Shown piece after piece: positions 1 to 8,102 of a stretch of DNA of 39,128 nucleotides. The notes beneath the pieces were generated by a model. The model was not told the DNA's origin and did no database searches. It saw nothing but the letters and a program-made list of their open reading frames with translations. The translations under genes were made by a program, and so were the position numbers. Origin of the DNA: a virus (lineage: Duplodnaviria > Caudoviricetes); IMG/VR virus record IMGVR_UViG_3300038393_001279, positions 1-39,128 of that record. One strand, 5' to 3'. Position 1 is the stretch's first letter. Each line of letters starts with the position of its first letter.

Positions 1-127
1 GCCGTTGCGGACCACGAACTCCTGGCACGCCCGACCCGTGGCGAGCGCCTCCTCGACGGCCACGTCTAGCGCTCGCGTATCTCTTTCGACGTCCTCACGT
101 ACCAGCCGGCCGGCGGAATCGGCGCCA
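1..127. repeat. Left copy of 127-bp terminal direct repeat (assembly circularisation overlap)
   Basis: Bases 1-127 are identical to 39002-39128. The repeat falls inside the Rz ORF, which reads in frame across the junction. Confidence 0.95.
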
Positions 128-459
128 TTGCCGCCGCCGGTGCTCGCGGCTTCGGTGCTGGCGGCAGGTCCACAACTTGCGGCGCCGACACGCACGCGGT
201 CAACGTACACAGTACGAATAACAGGGGCCAATTCCTCATGCTTTTTTTCCGTTACGGTCAGGTTGATGGATTGCTGTTTCGACGCCTCGACGGCGTTGTC
301 CTGGACGCGTGCCACGGTGGCCACGAGGGTGCGGGCGCGCTGCGCCTCCTGCTCCGCCGCCACGCCGGCGTGGTATTCGTGGGCGCCGTACGCGCGCACG
401 CCCAGGCCCGCCAGCACGAGGGCCGCCGCGCCCCACACGAGCCGGTCAAGCGCGCTCAC
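1..459 (-). CDS. Rz: Rz-like inner-membrane spanin, 5' part (continues across the circular junction to 39001..38909)
   Basis: Not in the ORF track because it runs off the end. The GTG at 459 overlaps the endolysin TGA. Translation MSALDRLVWGAAALVLAGLGVRAYG... gives an N-terminal TM helix, a coiled coil and a C-terminal ...RACQEFVVRNG. It contains an embedded lipoprotein gene. Confidence 0.85.
   Translation of the reverse strand, partial: MSALDRLVWGAAALVLAGLGVRAYGAHEYHAGVAAEQEAQRARTLVATVARVQDNAVEASKQQSINLTVTEKKHEELAPVIRTVYVDRVRVGAASCGPAASTEAASTGGGNGADSAGRLVREDVERDTRALDVAVEEALATGRACQEFVVRNG
66..239 (-). CDS. Rz1: Rz1-like outer-membrane lipoprotein spanin embedded in Rz (+1 frame)
   Basis: Manual translation MRNWPLLFVLCTLTAC-VSAPQVVDLPPAPKPRAPAAAMAPIPPAGWYVRTSKEIRER* shows a signal peptide with lipobox LTAC and a Pro-rich mature part (57 aa). 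Confidence 0.85.
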   Translation of the reverse strand: MRNWPLLFVLCTLTACVSAPQVVDLPPAPKPRAPAAAMAPIPPAGWYVRTSKEIRER

Positions 460-920
460 GCCGTCACCCCGTCGAAACGTTGCAGGTTGCGGCCCTTCAT
501 GACGGCCACGAGTTTGACGGCGTAGTCCGGATCCGTCGCATACCCCGCCTTGGCCACGGCGCACGCCCAGCCGGCGCCCGTCGATTCCTTGAAACACGCC
601 GCATAGCGCTCGTTATCGTGGAAAAAGTCCGCGTGATCGGCCATGCACTCGGCCCAGCTCGAATACTTGCGCCACACGGCCGGCACCACCACTTTTTTGC
701 CGTTGAATACCTCGCCGGTGCGCATGGACAGCGTGGGGCCGTGCCACGATTTGTCCGCCTTGACGCCGAACAGGTTATTTGCCCGCGCCACGAGGTCCGA
801 GTCGCCCCACCGGGATTCTAGCGCGGCCTGCGCCAGGATGAACGAGGCCGGGATCCCGTGGAGGCGCTGGCATTCCAGCGCGGCCGGGAGCAGCATGTCG
901 AGGAAAGCGCTAGGCGGCAT
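456..920 (-). CDS. Endolysin, GH73 glucosaminidase/FlgJ-like muramidase
   Basis: AQAALESRWG, NNLFGVKA and GYATDPDY motifs. Likely start is the ATG at 920 (MPPSAF), overlapping the holin 3' end. Confidence 0.9.
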   Translation of the reverse strand: MPPSAFLDMLLPAALECQRLHGIPASFILAQAALESRWGDSDLVARANNLFGVKADKSWHGPTLSMRTGEVFNGKKVVVPAVWRKYSSWAECMADHADFFHDNERYAACFKESTGAGWACAVAKAGYATDPDYAVKLVAVMKGRNLQRFDGVTA

Positions 921-1272
921 TGTCGCCCCCTTTTTGCGGATCCGCCGGCAGGTTGAATTTTGCCGTGAACAGGGCCTCCAGCTTGAACAGGGCACGCGAA
1001 CCCATGTGCGACGCGATGCCCACGAGCGCGTATTTCAGGGCCGGCGAGGATCCCCCCGCGTCACACAGATTCGCGGTAATGATGCCGGTCAGGCCAGCCG
1101 CCGCAATCTCGCCCACGAATTCCGTAAAATTCCAGGCGCGCACGTGGCCGGTTTTCATCTTTTGCAGGAACGACGCCACGCCGCCGAGCAGCGAAACGAA
1201 CGCCACCCATGCCCACGGGAGCAGCTCGGCCAGGTGGCCCGGGTCGGCGCCCGGCGGGGTTTTTTCGATCAT
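910..1272 (-). CDS. Holin (LydA-like)
   Basis: 120 aa with 2-3 hydrophobic segments (PWAWVAFVSLLGGVASF; FVGEIAAAGLTGII; ALVGIASHMG), directly upstream of the endolysin. Confidence 0.8.
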   Translation of the reverse strand: MIEKTPPGADPGHLAELLPWAWVAFVSLLGGVASFLQKMKTGHVRAWNFTEFVGEIAAAGLTGIITANLCDAGGSSPALKYALVGIASHMGSRALFKLEALFTAKFNLPADPQKGGDNAA

Positions 1273-1298
1273 TATTTTTCCCTAGTTTTATTGGGGCA

Positions 1299-3572
1299 TC
1301 AGCCCACTTTGACGAACACGCGTGCGCGGCCGTCCGCTTCGATTGCCGAGACTTTGCCGATTGCACGCATGTATTCCGCGAGCGTCATGTCGGCCTCGTT
1401 CTTCGCAATTCCTTTGATGCCGTCGCCGTCCTGAACCGGCACGATGTACTGGCCCGGGGTGGCGCCCAGCACGTTGACGGGCACGCGGCCCGCAAACGCG
1501 ATACGGTCGACGGTGGCGCGTGCGGCGTCGTGCGCGGCGTCGTATTCGGCCGTTGCGGCCGCCCAGGCGGCCATGGCCTCGGCGTGGTCGGCGCGGGCCT
1601 GCGCGAGCTGCGCGTCGTATGCGGCGCGGTCGATTTTTTCTTGTGCGAACACGGCCTCCCAATCGGCCAGCGCTTTGGCGTATTCGGCCTCGAGCACCTC
1701 GTCCACTTCGGGCACGCCGAGCGGCTCGCGCGGGAACGGGGCCCGGCCCGCCGTCACGCCGGTGTATTCCGGCTCGACGTAGGACGGCGCGACGGGGCGC
1801 GCGCCCAGCGCCTCGGCCCAAATGTCGCCCCCGACATAGGACGGGTCTGTCGATTTGATGGCGAAAATCACGGCGTCCGCCCATCGGTCCGTGATTTCGT
1901 CTTGCGCGTTGACGCCGACGATTTGACCCTTGGCCACGGTGCCCACGCCGGCCGCCTTGCGCATATATTCGGCATAGTCGGCGCCCGCCGCGTTGACGGT
2001 GCCTGCCGCGTTGATGGTGCGGCCGGTGCTGGTGTTCTTGTTGAGCGCCAGAGCCGTGGCCGCCCCGTTGATCGTGCCGAGGCGCGCGTCCTGGACATAC
2101 CCCACCGTGGAGCCGGCGCCCTGAAACGTTGCGATTACGGCGCCCTCAGTCGACCCCACCTTGTTGATGGTGTGCGAGGATCCGGAGCTCGTGCCCATGA
2201 AGCAATTGCCGGAGGTGTCCATCCCGAAACCGGCGATCCCGCCCGGGGCGTTGACGCCGTATTGCGTCGACGTGTAACGGCTCGACCAGCCGAACCGATT
2301 TTCCACCTTGCCGACGGTATCCTCGATAACGTAATTCTTCGCGCCAGCGTCGGCCACGGCGGCCGTGCAATTATCGTTGTGGTTGCCGATGGCGTGGAAA
2401 ATCTGATAGGTGTTGTCCGCGTTTTGCGTCTCCACCATGGCGAGATACAGCTCGATATAGTTCCCGTGGAGCTTTTCGCCCACGACGCCCGCGCCGAACG
2501 TGAAACCCACGCCAGCTTTGACACTGGACGTGCCGCTCGAGGACTGCGCCAGGTTGTCGCGGTACGAATTGCCGCCGCCCTTGTTCATGCGGACGGCACG
2601 GTCGGAAAAGAACGTGTTACGGTCGACGTGGGACGCGGTGATACCTTGCGCGCTCCCCTCGTAAATGCCGGTGGCGAACGCGAACCCGGCGTCCCCGATA
2701 ACGTTGTTGACGATGTTGTGATTGTAGGCGCCCGGGACGAATGCGCCGGTGTCCGGGTTCGTGTCGGTCAGCCAAATGCCGGTGCCCGAGTTGTTGACGG
2801 CCGCGAGGAAATAATTGTCGTGAATGTGGGCCCGGCCCGCGTAGATCCGGAGCGGGATTTGCGTTGCGCTCGCCGGTCGGAAAATGATGTCCGAAACCTC
2901 GCATTGCTGCGCGGCGATCCGCACCATGTCGAAAATGGCGCCGTCCGCCGCCGTCAGGTACGTGCCGTATTTCGACGCGCCGCGGAGCCGCGTCCCGCGC
3001 TTGCTCATCGTCAGACCGGAGCCCAGGCGGAAATTACCGGGCGGGAGGTCCACGGTTCCCGGGTAGACGGCGAACGAGTCGAGCGCGGCTTGCACGGCGG
3101 CCGTGATGTCGGTTGGTACACCGGCGCGCACGTTAGCGATTTGCGCGGCCGTCATGAAGTCAAACGCGCTCACGGTGTCGCGGCCACGGTCCAGGAGGTC
3201 GCGTTTTACGGCGCCCGTGCCGCTGGCGATGAACCCGACGAGGGCCGCGCCTGCGCTGCTGGCCAGGTTGGCGAGAATGTTCCAGAATCCGCCCGGGTCG
3301 GTCTTGAGGTTGTCGACCGGATAGCCCGTTACCTGCGTGCCGTCGGCCTGTTTGAGGTCGACTTTATAGGCACCGTTCCAGTAGATGACGGCCTCGCCCT
3401 TGGCGTCCAGGGTGATGGGGTTCGGATTGGCCACGCCGCCGGCCTCATCGGCCCACGTGGTTTTAGGCGTCGACGTGCCGGCCGCGTAGGTCCAGAGCTT
3501 GCCGCCCGCGCAGGGCGTCCCGTCGTTGTTGTAGTAGCGTTGCCGGCCCTCCGGCATGATTGCGGTAGGCAT
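1299..3572 (-). CDS. Tailspike/receptor-binding protein with beta-helix domain and C-terminal intramolecular chaperone (Peptidase_G2/IMC-like)
   Basis: Podovirus N-terminal anchor (GGKLWTYAAGTSTPKTT...NPITLD), pectate-lyase-like start (SAFDF...DITAAVQAALD...LPPGNF) and C-terminal ADYAEY...GQIVG...RIAFAGRVPVNV. Confidence 0.85.
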   Translation of the reverse strand: MPTAIMPEGRQRYYNNDGTPCAGGKLWTYAAGTSTPKTTWADEAGGVANPNPITLDAKGEAVIYWNGAYKVDLKQADGTQVTGYPVDNLKTDPGGFWNILANLASSAGAALVGFIASGTGAVKRDLLDRGRDTVSAFDFMTAAQIANVRAGVPTDITAAVQAALDSFAVYPGTVDLPPGNFRLGSGLTMSKRGTRLRGASKYGTYLTAADGAIFDMVRIAAQQCEVSDIIFRPASATQIPLRIYAGRAHIHDNYFLAAVNNSGTGIWLTDTNPDTGAFVPGAYNHNIVNNVIGDAGFAFATGIYEGSAQGITASHVDRNTFFSDRAVRMNKGGGNSYRDNLAQSSSGTSSVKAGVGFTFGAGVVGEKLHGNYIELYLAMVETQNADNTYQIFHAIGNHNDNCTAAVADAGAKNYVIEDTVGKVENRFGWSSRYTSTQYGVNAPGGIAGFGMDTSGNCFMGTSSGSSHTINKVGSTEGAVIATFQGAGSTVGYVQDARLGTINGAATALALNKNTSTGRTINAAGTVNAAGADYAEYMRKAAGVGTVAKGQIVGVNAQDEITDRWADAVIFAIKSTDPSYVGGDIWAEALGARPVAPSYVEPEYTGVTAGRAPFPREPLGVPEVDEVLEAEYAKALADWEAVFAQEKIDRAAYDAQLAQARADHAEAMAAWAAATAEYDAAHDAARATVDRIAFAGRVPVNVLGATPGQYIVPVQDGDGIKGIAKNEADMTLAEYMRAIGKVSAIEADGRARVFVKVG

Positions 3573-3577
3573 GGCGA

Positions 3578-3913
3578 TTATCCGTTGATGAGGTCTTTAG
3601 CCGTGTACTTGAACGTGAGGCCCGTTCCGAGGCCCCACACGGTCCCGCCCGGCCCGAGGCCCTGGCCGATGAGCTCCGGGCAGAGGTAGGACTCGCCCGC
3701 CGCGATGCCGCGCGCGCTGATTGCCGCATTGCCGGAGCCCGCCGCGCCGCCCGACGGCACCAAATTGACCGTGGCCGGGACCGTCGCCCCGGTGGTATTG
3801 ACCAGCACGGCGGAAATGATGATTCGTTTCGTACTGGCCGGGACGGCGTTGCCTTGTTGCGAAGCGGCGCCCGTGAGGACGGCCGCGTCGGGGGCGTATA
3901 GTTGGGTGGGCAT
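3578..3913 (-). CDS. Small virion/tail-associated protein
   Basis: 111-aa beta-rich ORF (CPELIGQGL motif) in the tail operon. Confidence 0.6.
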   Translation of the reverse strand: MPTQLYAPDAAVLTGAASQQGNAVPASTKRIIISAVLVNTTGATVPATVNLVPSGGAAGSGNAAISARGIAAGESYLCPELIGQGLGPGGTVWGLGTGLTFKYTAKDLING

Positions 3914-3920
3914 AGTCTTG

Positions 3921-3975
3921 ACTTCCGTAAATAGTTCCGCGCGGACATTTTGCGGGAACTACTTCCGTAAGGCAA
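3921..3975 (-). promoter_or_regulatory. Possible internal promoter upstream of the tailspike/lysis genes, with a 10-bp direct repeat
   Basis: TTGCCT(3975-3970)-N17-CAAAAT(3952-3947). ACTTCCGTAA occurs at 3921-3930 and 3961-3970. Confidence 0.4.
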
Positions 3976-3988
3976 GAAAATCAGGTTG

Positions 3989-4792
3989 TTATGCCGTCGT
4001 GCTGTCGGTAATCAGCCCCTCGGACGCCAGCGCCGTGAGCGCCGAGGCAAGCGCCGCATTGCCGCCGCGCGAGCCGGTTACGGTCGGCTTGGCCACGGGG
4101 GTGGCGCCGAAAAAGCCAATCCCGGTCCCGTTGGCGACGATTCGCGGCGTGTTCGTGGCGCGCAACGTGATGGACGAGGCCGCCACCGTGAGCGCCACAT
4201 ATCCGGCGGCCACGCGGTCGTACGCCAAAATGCCCGTGGATCCGGCGCCGAATGCTGCGCCGTCCGAATCGAACTCGAGGCCCTGCGCGCCGTTGTTCGA
4301 GACGCCAAAACGATACGCGGGTGACGTCGTGCCCACGCCGACGGTGGTAAAGCGGCCCGTGCTTTGCGCGGTGGCGCCAATGCTGGTCCCGTTGATCGTG
4401 CCGCCGGTGATGGCCACGGCGTTGGCGTTCTGTTTGGCCATGGTGCCGAGCTGCGCCAACATGGCCGAGTAGCTGGGGACGATGGCCAGGTCGAGCTGGA
4501 GCGCGTCTATATCGGATTGGCTCACGGCGGGGCGGCGCACGACGTCCAGCGCGGCCTGGAGCTCCTCCACCTGGCGCGCCAGCGCGGCGACTTGTGCGGC
4601 CAGCGCGCCGGCCTCCGACACGGACGCGGCATCCGTGGCCAAATCCTCGTTGCTCGAGCCGTAGGAGCCGCCCACGCGCCCGAACAGGTCGGCCATTGCG
4701 CGGCCAAACTCCATGGACGCATAGATTTTCTTGCCGCTGGCGTCCTGGCCGATGGGGATATGCTGGGGGAATAGGGACAGTGCGGCACTCAT
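3989..4792 (-). CDS. Tail needle/short-fibre-like structural protein
   Basis: Start at ATG 4792, overlapping the upstream stop (ATGA). Heptad coiled coil (LAAQVAALARQVEELQAAL), then LGTMAKQNANAVAITGGTING fibre-like repeats. Follows the gp10-like gene, as gp26 does in P22. Confidence 0.6.
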   Translation of the reverse strand: MSAALSLFPQHIPIGQDASGKKIYASMEFGRAMADLFGRVGGSYGSSNEDLATDAASVSEAGALAAQVAALARQVEELQAALDVVRRPAVSQSDIDALQLDLAIVPSYSAMLAQLGTMAKQNANAVAITGGTINGTSIGATAQSTGRFTTVGVGTTSPAYRFGVSNNGAQGLEFDSDGAAFGAGSTGILAYDRVAAGYVALTVAASSITLRATNTPRIVANGTGIGFFGATPVAKPTVTGSRGGNAALASALTALASEGLITDSTTA

Positions 4793-6219
4793 CGGGACAG
4801 CTCCACCGCGTCGACGGCCGCCGCTACGATTACGCGTTTCACGGGGTCGGAAATCGAAACCTCGAACACGCGGTCCCGCGCGACGCCCAGCCGGTCGACG
4901 GATACGCGGCGCGAATACTCCCCGAGTTTCCCCATTTTCAGGCTCTTGAGCGCCGACCAGGTGGCGCCGCCGTTGTTGGACCACCGGAGCATCAGCACGG
5001 GGTCGACGCCCTGGCCGCTTTCGGTGCCGACGCCGGTTTCCATGTCCAGGCGCAGGCGGTTAAACCGCACCTCGTTGCCGCTGGCGGCTCCCATGTGGGC
5101 GCAGCTGCGCAGTGAGACGAGCGCGTCGCCGTCGTCGTCGTAGCAATTCGGGTCCAGTGCGTACAGGCGGCCGTCTTGCCAGTCCCCGAGCACGTGCACG
5201 CCGTTGTATTTCATGTGACACGCGCCGCGGTGTCGGCCGAAATTGCCGGTACTCGGGTCGAGGTACGCGCGTTCGTGCCACTCCCCCGTGGCCGTGTCAT
5301 AGGACCAGGTGGCGCCGGCGGTCGGGAAGTTGAGCACATAGAACGCGTGGCCCTCCTGCTGGTAGCTGTACGCCCAGGCGTCCGAGGTGGTCGCGTAATT
5401 CTGGATAGCGTAGTCGAGGCCGTCATGCGACACGGGCACCGGCGTGTAGCCGTCCAGCCGCCACACGGAGCCGCCGCCGTCCTCTGCGCCGCCGAGCCAG
5501 AACACGACGCCGCCGACCGACGCAACGGAGTGCTTTGCGTCGCACCCCATCGGGATAGACACGTTGGTGTCACGCGCGAATAGAAAGTCCCCGCCGGCCA
5601 CGGCGCGCCACACTTCCGTGACGGTCTGTTTGAATAGGAGAATCTCCTCGCGGCTCACGATATGCCGGACGACGGGCTCCGCGTTGCTCGTGGCGCGTGC
5701 GATGTCCAGCGCGTCGAACGTCACGCCGGCTTGCGGCTTGGTGATGTAGAAATCCGCCGTGTTGGGCCGATTGAACACGAACACGGTTTTGTTGTAATAG
5801 ACGTAATCGGCGCCGTAAAACGCCTCATCGTCAATTTGGGCAAACGCGTTGCTCCCCAGGTTCAGCGTGTAACCGTTCGGACCTGTCACGAGCACGGCCG
5901 TGGTGCCGTCGTCGTCAATGCTCACGGGCGTGCCGAGGTTGTCGATGGTGCCCACCTGGACGGCGGACCAGTCGGCGGCCACGCGGTACACGTAGGGGCC
6001 GCACACGACGATGGCATTGCCCGAGGTCGGCACGTGGAGGCCGCGGATTCCGCCCCCCGTGAGCGTGGCCAGGCGCCGCAACCCGGGCGTGCCGAATAGC
6101 GCCAGCTGTCCATTTTCGTGTTTGGCCAGGTAGAAATTGACGCACCGTTGCGCGCCGAGTTTGCGCGAGCGTGAGAGGTACGCGCCGCCGATGAACGGGA
6201 ACGGGATTGGTTGGCTCAT
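4789..6219 (-). CDS. P22 gp10-like packaged-DNA stabilisation/tail hub protein
   Basis: 476 aa with TPGL near the N-terminus, YQQEGHAFYVLNFP, TWSYD...WHER and LRWSNNGGATWS...G.LGEY.RRV...RLG.ARDRVFE. Confidence 0.85.
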   Translation of the reverse strand: MSQPIPFPFIGGAYLSRSRKLGAQRCVNFYLAKHENGQLALFGTPGLRRLATLTGGGIRGLHVPTSGNAIVVCGPYVYRVAADWSAVQVGTIDNLGTPVSIDDDGTTAVLVTGPNGYTLNLGSNAFAQIDDEAFYGADYVYYNKTVFVFNRPNTADFYITKPQAGVTFDALDIARATSNAEPVVRHIVSREEILLFKQTVTEVWRAVAGGDFLFARDTNVSIPMGCDAKHSVASVGGVVFWLGGAEDGGGSVWRLDGYTPVPVSHDGLDYAIQNYATTSDAWAYSYQQEGHAFYVLNFPTAGATWSYDTATGEWHERAYLDPSTGNFGRHRGACHMKYNGVHVLGDWQDGRLYALDPNCYDDDGDALVSLRSCAHMGAASGNEVRFNRLRLDMETGVGTESGQGVDPVLMLRWSNNGGATWSALKSLKMGKLGEYSRRVSVDRLGVARDRVFEVSISDPVKRVIVAAAVDAVELSR

Positions 6220-8102
6220 CGTTGGCCCTGGTCCGGGTTGAGCGCGTCGTCTACGCGCTTGAGGGTCTTATTTCGCGTGTGGCGTTGCTTGAGCACGCGC
6301 GTAACGGTGCCGATGGGCAGCGGGACGCCCGACGCACCCGAGATGAGGGCGTCCAGCGCGGCCAGCACCACGGCGGCCGTGTTCGAGTGGTTGACGGCGG
6401 CCTCCGGCGGAATGGTCTTGATTTCGCGCACGCCGTCGTTGAGGTCGCGCAGCTGCTCGGCGCCCTTCTTTCCGAAAATGAGGTCGAGGCGGCCGTCGGC
6501 GTCCAGGCGGCGGACAATCTTGTCCAATTCGCTGGCCAGCACGGGCCGGTTGCCGGCGCCGTCAATGGACGTTCCTTGGATCTTCTCTTTGATTTGCCGG
6601 ATCGTCTCGCCCTGGAGCTCTTTCCACGCCTGCTGGCCCTGTTGGACGAGCTCCTCCGGCGCGGTTTTCGGGTACGCGGTCAGCGCCCGTTTCACGTTGC
6701 GCACATCGTCCGCGCTGGCCGTCTCGCCCAGGACGGCACGGTCGACCACATCCTCGAACGCGACGGCGCGGTCCTTGGTGCCCGGCTTCGTTCGGATGAG
6801 GCGGTCGACAGCGCCCGCGTTCTTGAACTCGTTCATATAGTTTTCGTACATGCGCCGCGCCTGACGATAGGCCGGGCCGCCGTTGGCCTCCACGCCTTCA
6901 TCAATGATGCGTTGCAGGTCGCCCCGATAGGCGGCGTTCGGCGTGCCCTCTTTCGAGATAGCGCCCACGCGTTCGCGGATCTCGTTGTACGCGCGGAGCG
7001 GGATTTCTCCCGTCCCTTGCGGGTCCAGATCGTTGATGATGCGGCGCACCGTGTTGAGCACGGGCGCGTTGCCGGTGTCCGCTTCGGCCTGGTATTTCTT
7101 GAGGTATTCGTCCAGCGCCGAGTAATTTACGGGGACGGCGCCCTCGGCGGATTGCGCCGCAGCGTCGTATGCGCCCCGGATTTCCTGTTTAGCGCGTTCC
7201 ACTTTCTTGATGAGCGCGTCCGTCACCACCTTGCCGGTGGCGCGCAGGCCGGAGCCCTCGGCGCCCGTCATGTCCGTGAACGCGTCGAAGTTTTGCAGAA
7301 TGCCTTGATTGAGCTCCACGGTTCGGTTGCGCAGCGGTGCGCCGAGCTCCGGATTTTTGGCCGTCTCGCGCTCGAATTGGATCTGTGCGGCGTCGCGGGA
7401 CAGCATGCCCTTTGTCGGCTTGAGCGGCACCGGCAATTGCGCCATACGCTCGGCACGTTGCGCGGTATCGGAGGCGGCCGCGGCGCCCACGCCGGCAAGC
7501 GTGGATTGTTGCGGGGCGCGCGCCAGCTCGCGCAACGTGCCGCGTTGGCCGTTGGCCAGGGTGGCCGCGTCGGCGGCGTCCAGCACGGCGGCAGAGGGCG
7601 CAGCGAGGCCACGAATTGCCGTGTTCGCGCTCGAGGCGGCGCGCCCCATGTTGAGCACCTCGGCCGATGGCAGCGCGACGAGCGGCTCCGACACGGTGGC
7701 CAGGCCCTCCAGGAGCTTGCGGCCGGTCTGCGTGGCCGGCGGGCGCGCGATTTTCTCGGCAATGCGGGAGCCGAATTCCTCGCCCTCCCGGATGCCCTCT
7801 TGCGTGCCGAATTTCCCGCCCAGGAGCGTTTTTCCAGCACCGGCGACGGCGCCCACGATGCCGCCCAGCGCGGACGAGCCGGCGGACAGCGCCGCGTCGA
7901 CGGGGGAAACGAGCACGCCGAGGAGATTGTCCTCCGGCTCCGTCGGTTTCCCTACGTTGCGATTGCCCGCCAGGCCGCCGCCCGGCACCTGGTCGGCCGG
8001 GGTGGCCGCCGCGCCGACGGGCCGCGCCGTGTTCAGGTCGAAACCACGCGGGGCGGGCGTGCTCGGCGCCACTGGTTTGGCCGTGTTCAAGTCGAAACCC
8101 AT
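6216..8102 (-). CDS. Ejection/DNA-transfer (internal virion) protein
   Basis: Large Ala/Gly-rich helical protein in the ejection gene position, with a duplicated N-terminal GFDLNTA(K/R)PV. Confidence 0.65.
   Translation of the reverse strand: MGFDLNTAKPVAPSTPAPRGFDLNTARPVGAAATPADQVPGGGLAGNRNVGKPTEPEDNLLGVLVSPVDAALSAGSSALGGIVGAVAGAGKTLLGGKFGTQEGIREGEEFGSRIAEKIARPPATQTGRKLLEGLATVSEPLVALPSAEVLNMGRAASSANTAIRGLAAPSAAVLDAADAATLANGQRGTLRELARAPQQSTLAGVGAAAASDTAQRAERMAQLPVPLKPTKGMLSRDAAQIQFERETAKNPELGAPLRNRTVELNQGILQNFDAFTDMTGAEGSGLRATGKVVTDALIKKVERAKQEIRGAYDAAAQSAEGAVPVNYSALDEYLKKYQAEADTGNAPVLNTVRRIINDLDPQGTGEIPLRAYNEIRERVGAISKEGTPNAAYRGDLQRIIDEGVEANGGPAYRQARRMYENYMNEFKNAGAVDRLIRTKPGTKDRAVAFEDVVDRAVLGETASADDVRNVKRALTAYPKTAPEELVQQGQQAWKELQGETIRQIKEKIQGTSIDGAGNRPVLASELDKIVRRLDADGRLDLIFGKKGAEQLRDLNDGVREIKTIPPEAAVNHSNTAAVVLAALDALISGASGVPLPIGTVTRVLKQRHTRNKTLKRVDDALNPDQGQR

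Noticed and set aside
1-127. Terminal repeat as a biological DTR or att site
   Set aside because: The length equals a common assembler k-mer (127), it lies mid-gene, and the P22-like terminase suggests headful packaging with circular permutation.
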